Source of the DNA: an uncultured Phycisphaerales bacterium
Lineage (GTDB): Bacteria > Planctomycetota > Phycisphaerae > Phycisphaerales > SM1A02
Reading direction: 5' to 3'
NCBI GenBank assembly: GCA_905480395.1
Contig: CAJQQE010000016.1
Span: forward strand, 58-64,057
DNA length: 64,000 nucleotides
Part shown: positions 48,174 to 55,444 of the stretch, piece after piece
Layout of the letters: each line of letters starts with the position of its first letter
How positions within the stretch are numbered: position 1 is the first letter of the stretch
Position numbers and translations under genes: made by a program
The notes under the pieces: generated by a model
What the model was told of the DNA's origin: nothing
The model's input: only the letters and a program-made list of their open reading frames with translations
The model's database searches: none

Positions 48174-49273
48174 GATCGAATCGACGACAACCAGGAATTC
48201 TTGCGGGCATGCTCATTGGGATGACCAGTCCACTCTTGTTGGCCGGGTATGCCCAGGCACAGGAAGACGCTGATCGGGTGATCCCCGGGGAAGCGGCAGA
48301 TCGACCCGGTGCCGAGAGTGCGCCGGCCAATGATGAGATGACGCCGGAATTAGATAACTCAGTTCGACGTGGGCTGGCCTCACTCGCCGCGATCCAGAAC
48401 ACAGATGGTTCCTTCGGTCGAGGTCGATACGGCCGCCACGTCGGAATCACCGCCCTATGCGGTCTGGCATTCATGGCGGACGGTCATGTTCCAGATCGAG
48501 GCCGCTACGGGACGGTTGTTTCTAAAGCGTTGCAGTTTGTGCTCGATAATGCGACTGAGACGGGGCTACTGGCCGCCGAGACGTCGCATGGTCCGATGTA
48601 TGGCCATGGTTTCGCCACGCTTTTTCTCGGCGAAATCTACGGCATGAATCCCACTGACGAGCGGGTGCGCGACGCACTTGGTCGAGCCATTCAGCTGATT
48701 GTGAACAGTCAGAACGACGAGGGCGGTTGGCGTTACAACCCGGTGCCATTCGATGCGGATGTCTCCGTCACGATCTGTGAAATCATGGCGCTCCGGTCCG
48801 CTCGGAATGCCGGGATCAAGATCCCCCGAAAGACCATTGACAAAGCGGTTGAGTACGTTCGAAAGTGCCAGAATTCCGACGGTGGATTTCGCTATATGAG
48901 TCAGCAGGGTGGCTCGGCTTGGCCACGAACGGCCGCGGGTGTGGCCAGCCTCTTCTACGCTGGAATCTATGAGGACGATGCGATTGAGAAGGGGCTCGAC
49001 TATCTCGTCAAGGTGGCGTCTCCGGGTCGACCAGGCATGGGACCGGGAAATGCGCACTACTACTATGGTCAGTACTACGCGGTTCAAGCGATGTATCTGG
49101 CAGGCGGGGAATGGTGGGAACAGTGGTGGCCGGGAGTTCGCGGCGACTTACTGACTCGTCAGTCCGCGGATGGACTCTGGGTCGATCATCAGATCGGTGA
49201 CGCCTATGCCACCGCGATGGCGTTGATCGTCTTACAGATGCCCAAGCGATACCTTCCAATCTTTCAGAAATGA
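48170..49273 (+). CDS. secreted prenyltransferase / squalene-oxidase-repeat (alpha/alpha-toroid) protein
   Basis: Signal peptide (MLIGMTSPLLLAGYAQA). Recurrent repeat motifs: QNTDGSFGRG, GPMYGHGFATLFLGE, QNDEGGWRYNP, QNSDGGFRY, QSADGLW. Confidence 0.75.
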   Translation: MRSNRRQPGILAGMLIGMTSPLLLAGYAQAQEDADRVIPGEAADRPGAESAPANDEMTPELDNSVRRGLASLAAIQNTDGSFGRGRYGRHVGITALCGLAFMADGHVPDRGRYGTVVSKALQFVLDNATETGLLAAETSHGPMYGHGFATLFLGEIYGMNPTDERVRDALGRAIQLIVNSQNDEGGWRYNPVPFDADVSVTICEIMALRSARNAGIKIPRKTIDKAVEYVRKCQNSDGGFRYMSQQGGSAWPRTAAGVASLFYAGIYEDDAIEKGLDYLVKVASPGRPGMGPGNAHYYYGQYYAVQAMYLAGGEWWEQWWPGVRGDLLTRQSADGLWVDHQIGDAYATAMALIVLQMPKRYLPIFQK

Positions 49274-49277
49274 CGCT

Positions 49278-50543
49278 GTGGAGCACCTGTTGACGCGACG
49301 CATCGATCATCCTCCGACCCATCGCCTTCTCGCGGTCATTCCTTTGGCCCTCGCGATGGCCATTGACGTTCAAGCCCAGGATGATCGGGAACCACCGAGA
49401 CCGGTCGGAGGTTCCATTCCAGCACGGATTCTTGACCAAGATCTGAATGAACACCCCGCCGATCCAATTGTGATTGATGCGACCAAGATCATCGGCTGGG
49501 ATCATCCCGGGGGAATCCCCAAGGCGCTTCCGATCGATTCAGCACTCACGGTGATGGTGGGACCGGCGACCGAACGAAGTTCAACGCCGGAATGGCGATT
49601 CATTCGCAAACGTGCGGGCGATCAAGATGAGCTCCGTGGACCATATATTCGGTTTGTAGACGGCCAATTGATTCCCGGCAGCCTCTTTGCCGACGGTACA
49701 ACGCCCCGGTGGCGAAATGCGTGGTTGCATGATCTGCCGATCGATCTGGATCGCATCTCAGAAATGCGATTGATCGATGGCGCTGAGATTCCTCTGGTCG
49801 AGGATGTCGACGAGGTGATCCTCGCGAACGGTGATCGAATACGGGGCTTGATCGAATCGATCGGCGCCGATTTGGTAATCGACCGTATGAAAGAAACAGG
49901 TCCGAGCCTCGCACGGATTCCCCTCGACCGGGTCGCCTCTTTCGCGATGGTGAATCCCAATGAAGCACCTCAGGGTATGAACGTTTGGTTCTTGGGTGGC
50001 CATCGCATCGCGGGTGCGGGCATCCGAATCGGCGATGATGGATATGTTCGGATTGATCACCCGGTTCTCGGTGGTGACATGGCGGAAGTACCGCTCGAGT
50101 TCCTGCGGGGAATCGTATTTAACGCAGAAAACGTGATTCCACTCGCTTCGATTCCGGTGACCATCGACGCGGGCGTGGCGGCCTGGCTTCGGCCATGGAT
50201 CCCCGAACCCACGATAAGTCTTGGCAATTGGCCCCTCGACGCGGCCCCGATTCGTCTGGATGGTCCGCTTTTGGCCACTTGGCAACTTCCGGTTGCCGGA
50301 TGCACGCTTCGTGCGATTGTCGAACTCCCCATTGATTCAACCCGAGGCCGTTTTGATCTCATTATCCGCGACGATCAGCGGGAGATTCTTCGGGTATCGA
50401 TCAATCCAGAAAATCCGGTCGAGGAGATTATGGTGCCCTTCACCTCTGATCGGTTGTCGATCGAGATTGAGATGGGGGATGACGGTCCCTTTATGGATGT
50501 GGCCACGCTGCGCGAGGCGATCATTATTAGGCCAAGGAACTGA
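49278..50543 (+). CDS. hypothetical secreted protein
   Basis: GTG start 4 nt after the upstream stop. Signal-like LLAVIPLALAMAIDVQAQ. No family recognised. Coding-like composition throughout. Confidence 0.6.
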   Translation: MEHLLTRRIDHPPTHRLLAVIPLALAMAIDVQAQDDREPPRPVGGSIPARILDQDLNEHPADPIVIDATKIIGWDHPGGIPKALPIDSALTVMVGPATERSSTPEWRFIRKRAGDQDELRGPYIRFVDGQLIPGSLFADGTTPRWRNAWLHDLPIDLDRISEMRLIDGAEIPLVEDVDEVILANGDRIRGLIESIGADLVIDRMKETGPSLARIPLDRVASFAMVNPNEAPQGMNVWFLGGHRIAGAGIRIGDDGYVRIDHPVLGGDMAEVPLEFLRGIVFNAENVIPLASIPVTIDAGVAAWLRPWIPEPTISLGNWPLDAAPIRLDGPLLATWQLPVAGCTLRAIVELPIDSTRGRFDLIIRDDQREILRVSINPENPVEEIMVPFTSDRLSIEIEMGDDGPFMDVATLREAIIIRPRN

Positions 50544-50547
50544 CCGT

Positions 50548-51264
50548 ATGTCGACGCTTCGCGACGAAGCCATCTGTGTGCGGCACTGGGATTTCAGTGA
50601 GACGAGTCAGACCGTCTCACTTTTCCTTCGAGATCACGGGATGCTTCGAGGACTTGCCAAGGGCGCCCGGCGTGAGCGAGGCGCCTTCAGTGGCGGATTT
50701 GATTTGTTCACCAAAGGCGAAATCGTCGCCATCGTGAAGCCTGGCCGCGAACTTGCAACCTTGACCGAGTGGACTCTTCTGGAGACGTATCCAGTCCTCC
50801 GCCGACAGGCTCCAGCAAATCGATGTGGTTGGTATCTCGCGGATCTGGTCGGGCGTTTCTTACATCAGCCGGAACCACATCCGAAGACTTGGGACGCGAT
50901 GGTCACAGCGCTGCAAGAGCTTGAGTCTGGGTGTTCGACGGATCGGGTGATTCTCGCCTTTCACTGGCGGTTGCTTTGTGATCTCGGTTACCGGCCTCGG
51001 CTTGATCTCGAAGATATCTCCGGAGAGACGGTGGCATTTAGTTCCGACGCGGGCGGTGTCGTGGCGGACACTGGCGCTTCAGATCGCTGGAGAGTTCGAC
51101 GCCCAACGATCGAACTCCTGGCGGAAGTCGCCGAGGCCGACGGGGTGATTCCAGAAACCGCGGATCCAGAGGCGACGACGCGGGCGAACCGCCTGCTGGC
51201 GACGTGGATTCGAGAACTGCTTGGTGTCGAAAGCGTCTCGATGCGCCTCTTGTTCGGGTCGTGA
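50548..51264 (+). CDS. recO: DNA repair protein RecO
   Basis: The ATG at 50548 gives MSTLRDEAICVRHWDFSETSQTVSLFLRDHGMLRGLAKGARRERGAFSGGFDLF (RecO OB-fold N-terminus). The ORF track start at 50221 overlaps the upstream gene. Confidence 0.85.
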   Translation: MSTLRDEAICVRHWDFSETSQTVSLFLRDHGMLRGLAKGARRERGAFSGGFDLFTKGEIVAIVKPGRELATLTEWTLLETYPVLRRQAPANRCGWYLADLVGRFLHQPEPHPKTWDAMVTALQELESGCSTDRVILAFHWRLLCDLGYRPRLDLEDISGETVAFSSDAGGVVADTGASDRWRVRRPTIELLAEVAEADGVIPETADPEATTRANRLLATWIRELLGVESVSMRLLFGS

Positions 51265-51403
51265 GGTGCGAAGGTCGGTTTTCGGACCCCTTGGCCAACG
51301 GCTCCGGCTTGATATCTCTTCACCCTTGGCGATTGCGAGTCGAAGTTGCTGGTGCGTTGGCCTGTTTCTCAGTGACTCAGGCGTTCGCGGGGAGGAGCAG
51401 GAG

Positions 51404-52879
51404 ATGAACGACACCGCTTTTGCGCGGATCATGGAGAGTCCCCAGTTGCCCACGCTTCCAGCCGTGGCAGTCCGGGTGCTGGAACTGACCAGTCGGCGGG
51501 ACGTGGAACTCGGGGAGATTGCGAAGGCGGTCGAGCACGACCCCGCCATCGCGACCCGAGTCCTGAAGACGGTTAACTCGAGCTTCTACGGACTCACCCA
51601 ACGAGTGGGAAGTATTCGTCAAGCCTTGGCTTATCTCGGTCTCGAGACCGTCAAAGGTTTGGTGCTTGGTTTCAGTCTTGCGCAAGCATTCAAAGGTGAG
51701 GAGGAAGTTCTCTTTGACTTTGAAGATTATTGGCGACGGAGCATCTATTCCGCCAGCGCTGCTCGAGCCCTCGCTTCGATTGTGAAGTGTGGTGATGCCG
51801 ACGAAGCATTCTTGGCGGCATTGATCCAAGACGTCGGCATGATTGCACTGTGGAAGCACTATGGCGACCGTTTTATTCAGGTGCAAGACCTGGCCGATGC
51901 CAACCATCAAGCCCTCCCGGAATTAGAGCGACGACACTTCGACGTCGATCATGCGGAGATTGGCGCGGCCATGCTCGAGGGGTGGAAGTTCCCAACTCAC
52001 ATTGTGGATGTTGTACGGCTCCATCATTCTGGACCAGAAGCCCCCGCCCAGGACGAGGACATGCGTCGAATCGTGCTCTTGGCGGCCATGGTCGCCGAGA
52101 GTCTCGACGCCGATCAAGAGCGATCACAAGAGGCATTGCGTCAATACGAAGAGTGTGCCGCGAACTGGTTTGATCTCCGTCGGGGGACCGCCTTCGCCGT
52201 GCTGAAGTCAATCACCCAACACGCAGATGAACTCGGTCGGATGTTCGACCTTAAGACGAGTTCAAACCCTGACGTCGACACGATTCTCGAGGAGGCCGAT
52301 CGTCTTCGACGAGAGAATCGAGTGAGTGCACCGTCACCCGAGTTCGCCGAGAACACCGATCAGCTCACCGGATTTCCGGATCGAAATGCGTTTCAGAAAC
52401 AACTCTTGTCGGTCTTTGAGACCGAGACCCCGGTGGCGATCCTGCTGGTTGGAATTGATGGGATGCGAGAGCTCAACCGCGAAGGAGGACCCGGCAGCGG
52501 TGACGCCGCCCTCGCTAAGGTTTCTGATGCGGTGCGCCGAACCTGTCGAGAGGCGGTCGGCGCCCAGGCAAGCATCTTCCGATTCGTCGGGGCGGAATTG
52601 GCGGTGGTGCTTCAGGGAGACAGTGTCGGGCGTGCGGGCCTGCTTGCGGAACGACTTCGGGCTTCGATCCGACTGGCGCCCCTCGCAGACGAGCGGCTCG
52701 GTCTGCTCAAGCTCGGTGCCTCATTGGGTATCGCGACCAGGCTCGAGGGCACCCGAATCCTCGAAACGCCGGATGAACTCTTGCGGGCGGCGATGATGGC
52801 GATCAGCGAAGCTCGACGGAACGGCGGAGACTCCATCTTTGCATGGGGTGATGGCGAACCAGTCGCACTCGCCGCTTGA
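51404..52879 (+). CDS. HDOD domain + degenerate GGDEF domain signalling protein
   Basis: The ATG at 51404 is preceded by GGAGGAGCAGGAG. HDOD: LPTLPAVAVRVLELTSRRDVELGEIAKAVEHDPAIATRVLKTVNSSFYGL. GGDEF fold: DQLTGFPDRNAF..., but the signature reads RFVGAELAVVL. Confidence 0.85.
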   Translation: MNDTAFARIMESPQLPTLPAVAVRVLELTSRRDVELGEIAKAVEHDPAIATRVLKTVNSSFYGLTQRVGSIRQALAYLGLETVKGLVLGFSLAQAFKGEEEVLFDFEDYWRRSIYSASAARALASIVKCGDADEAFLAALIQDVGMIALWKHYGDRFIQVQDLADANHQALPELERRHFDVDHAEIGAAMLEGWKFPTHIVDVVRLHHSGPEAPAQDEDMRRIVLLAAMVAESLDADQERSQEALRQYEECAANWFDLRRGTAFAVLKSITQHADELGRMFDLKTSSNPDVDTILEEADRLRRENRVSAPSPEFAENTDQLTGFPDRNAFQKQLLSVFETETPVAILLVGIDGMRELNREGGPGSGDAALAKVSDAVRRTCREAVGAQASIFRFVGAELAVVLQGDSVGRAGLLAERLRASIRLAPLADERLGLLKLGASLGIATRLEGTRILETPDELLRAAMMAISEARRNGGDSIFAWGDGEPVALAA

Positions 52880-52904
52880 GACCGCGGCCAGTGGGGATCT
52901 CGGT

Positions 52905-54134
52905 TCAACCGCCGCCGCGGACCGCGAGGACGTCATCGATTGGGTGAGCATCGAGGTAGGCGTGGATGTCGGCGAGGCCGACGGCCCCGATCTTCTCAAT
53001 CTCGTCGTCGAGGGTGGCATAGGGAAGTTGGTAACTCCAACGAGAACCGAGACGGGTCATTCGCCCCATCGGTCGCTCGCTGGCGAGCATCGCGGCGGTC
53101 GCGATCTTCGCTCGACTTCTCACCAGAGCATCTTCGTCAACAGTTTCGGCGAGTCGGCACATTTCCTTTCGGGCGATGGCTTCGACTTCTTCAGCATTTT
53201 CAGAACTACACACCAGCGTCGCGATCGCTTCGCCGCACCCGTCATGACTCTGCAGATGCATCGACGCTTCCTCGGCCAGGCCAGTCTCGACGAGTTCCCA
53301 GAAAAAGGTTGATCCCTCGCTGTCACCAAGCGCACGGAAGGCCTGAGCCACCGCATACTTTGAGGGGTCGGCAATGCCAATTGAAGGGGTCATCAGCATG
53401 ATGTACCGCTGCTGAGTATCCGGAAGATCAACCTCGAGTTCGCCTGGCGTGAAAATGGCATTCTCATGGGTTCGGCCTGGCTCACCCTTGGGCCAGTGAC
53501 CACAGAGAGCCTCAGCGCGAGCGACCAGATGGTCGAAGTCGATTCGACCCGATGCCACAAGCACGCCGTTATCGGCGGAGTAGCGCCGGTCAAAGTAGGC
53601 CCGCATTTGTTCTGGTCGAAGATCGGCGACGGTCTGCTTGGTTCCCAGAACGCGATGCGCGAGTGGATGACCACCAAAGTACCGCTCGAGTCCCTGCTCG
53701 AAGAGAACCCAGAATGGCTGATCGTCATACATCGCGATCTCTTCGAGGATCACACCTTTTTCTTCGTCGAAATCTTCGGTCCGGAGCGATGGCCGGAGGA
53801 TGTCCGCCAAGATATCGAGGGAATCATCAAGGGCATCGAAGGGAACATGGGCGTAGTAGGCGGTGATTTCGGTGGTCGTAAAGGCATTGTGATTCGCACC
53901 CAGATCGTCAAATCCTCGGTTCACATCCTCTGCAGTACGGGTTTCGGTGCCTTTGAACATCATGTGTTCGAGGAAGTGGCTGACCCCCATCACCGCGGGA
54001 TCTTCATCCCGGGCTCCAGTCCGGAAGAAAAACCCGGAGGCCGCGGTGAGGGCTCCGGGGACGATCTCAGCCTGAATGGTGAGACCATTGGAGAGGACGG
54101 CTTCTTTGAATTCAACAGCAGTGGCGGTGGTCAT
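52905..54134 (-). CDS. M16-family (pitrilysin-like) zinc peptidase
   Basis: Inverted zinc motif HFLEH in GVSHFLEHMMFKGT, with downstream E in NAFTTTEITAYY. Confidence 0.85.
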   Translation of the reverse strand: MTTATAVEFKEAVLSNGLTIQAEIVPGALTAASGFFFRTGARDEDPAVMGVSHFLEHMMFKGTETRTAEDVNRGFDDLGANHNAFTTTEITAYYAHVPFDALDDSLDILADILRPSLRTEDFDEEKGVILEEIAMYDDQPFWVLFEQGLERYFGGHPLAHRVLGTKQTVADLRPEQMRAYFDRRYSADNGVLVASGRIDFDHLVARAEALCGHWPKGEPGRTHENAIFTPGELEVDLPDTQQRYIMLMTPSIGIADPSKYAVAQAFRALGDSEGSTFFWELVETGLAEEASMHLQSHDGCGEAIATLVCSSENAEEVEAIARKEMCRLAETVDEDALVRSRAKIATAAMLASERPMGRMTRLGSRWSYQLPYATLDDEIEKIGAVGLADIHAYLDAHPIDDVLAVRGGG

Positions 54135-54209
54135 ACGAGGAGAATAGGGGAGTCGGAGCGATCAGGAGGTCGATTCGTCCCAAGTCGATGCTAGAATCAG
54201 GGACGCGCT

Positions 54210-55352
54210 ATGAGTATTGATGCCTCTTCCAACCCGGATCCCGAGATCGCCGCTGGCACCGCCAGCGCGACGGGAAATGCCAATGTCGCCAGTCCGGCGG
54301 CGATCGGTCGAACGCTGGCCCGGCATCCACGCCCCCTTGGGGGGGATACCGCCCGATCGACGCTCGGGACGTCGAGCCTCTCACTGACCGGAATGGTCCT
54401 CGACAATCAGTCCTCCGCTCAACAGATGCGGGTTGGCCGCAAGCCTGATTGGCTTCGAGCCAAGGTCCCGGGTGGCGAGCGGTATCTGAAGTTGAAGTCG
54501 CTCATCAACGAACACCAACTCCACACCGTCTGCCAGGAGGCGAGCTGTCCGAACATGGGCGAGTGCTGGGATCGCGGCACCGCGACGATCATGATTCTCG
54601 GTGACACCTGCACCCGGAGCTGCGGCTTCTGCAACGTGAAGACCGGGAAGCCAATGCCGGTCGATGACGATGAGCCGCGTCGGGTCGCCGAAGCGCTCGC
54701 GCAGATCGGACTAAAGCATGTGGTGATCACCAGTGTTGACCGAGACGACCAACCCGACGGTGGCGCGCGGATCTGGGCCGAGACGATTCAAGCAGTTCAT
54801 GAGATGTGTCCAGAGACCAGCGTGGAAGTCCTGGTCGGCGATTTCAAGGGCGTCGAACGCGATATCCAGCTGGTTTGTGACGCGCGGCCCGAGATCATCA
54901 GCCACAACATGGAGACGGTGAACCGCATGCACCCCGCGGTCCGCCCCCAGGCCCGCTACGACCGGAGCCTGAAGGTGCTTCAGCAGTTCAAGGCCAACGG
55001 TCTGGTCACCAAGACCGGCATCATGCTCGGAATCGGCGAACACGAGCACGAGGTGCTGGAGCTTCTCGATGACGTCCGCGCCTGGAGCGATTGCGACATT
55101 CTCACCATCGGCCAGTATCTCCAACCGACCCGCAACCACCTTCCTATCGATCGCTGGGTCCACCCGGACGAGTTCGCTCGTCTTCGGGACGCGGCGTTGG
55201 AACGCGGTTTTGAAGTCTGCGAGAGCGGGCCGCTCGTGAGGTCGAGTTATCACGCCGAAGAGCAGGCTGAAAAGCTCAGCCCCGAGCGGGCCGACGTGCA
55301 TGGCCGTATGAAGAAGCTCATCGCGCAGGCTCGGGATCGCGGTTCGGCCTGA
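54210..55352 (+). CDS. lipA: lipoyl synthase
   Basis: CQEASCPNMGECW auxiliary cluster motif and radical-SAM CTRSCGFCNV. The first ~60 residues are Ala/Ser/Gly-rich, so the alternative start is the ATG at 54393. Confidence 0.9.
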   Translation: MSIDASSNPDPEIAAGTASATGNANVASPAAIGRTLARHPRPLGGDTARSTLGTSSLSLTGMVLDNQSSAQQMRVGRKPDWLRAKVPGGERYLKLKSLINEHQLHTVCQEASCPNMGECWDRGTATIMILGDTCTRSCGFCNVKTGKPMPVDDDEPRRVAEALAQIGLKHVVITSVDRDDQPDGGARIWAETIQAVHEMCPETSVEVLVGDFKGVERDIQLVCDARPEIISHNMETVNRMHPAVRPQARYDRSLKVLQQFKANGLVTKTGIMLGIGEHEHEVLELLDDVRAWSDCDILTIGQYLQPTRNHLPIDRWVHPDEFARLRDAALERGFEVCESGPLVRSSYHAEEQAEKLSPERADVHGRMKKLIAQARDRGSA

Positions 55353-55355
55353 GCA

Positions 55356-55395
55356 TCAAAAAACATCAAGGCTCCCCTTCATGATGAAGGAGCGC
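55356..55395 (-). terminator. putative intrinsic terminator for the metalloprotease gene
   Basis: Hairpin GCTCC(cc)TTCAT-g-ATGAAGGAGC at 55371-55393. On the minus strand it is followed by cttgatgTTTTTTgatg. Confidence 0.5.
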
Positions 55396-55444
55396 CTCGA
55401 AGTTCTCTGTTTCTGCGCCCAAGTGCGTTGATCGTGTTTCGCGG

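Noticed and set aside
50221-50547. 109-codon N-terminal extension of recO
   Set aside because: It overlaps the 3' end of the upstream gene in another frame. RecO homology begins exactly at the ATG at 50548.
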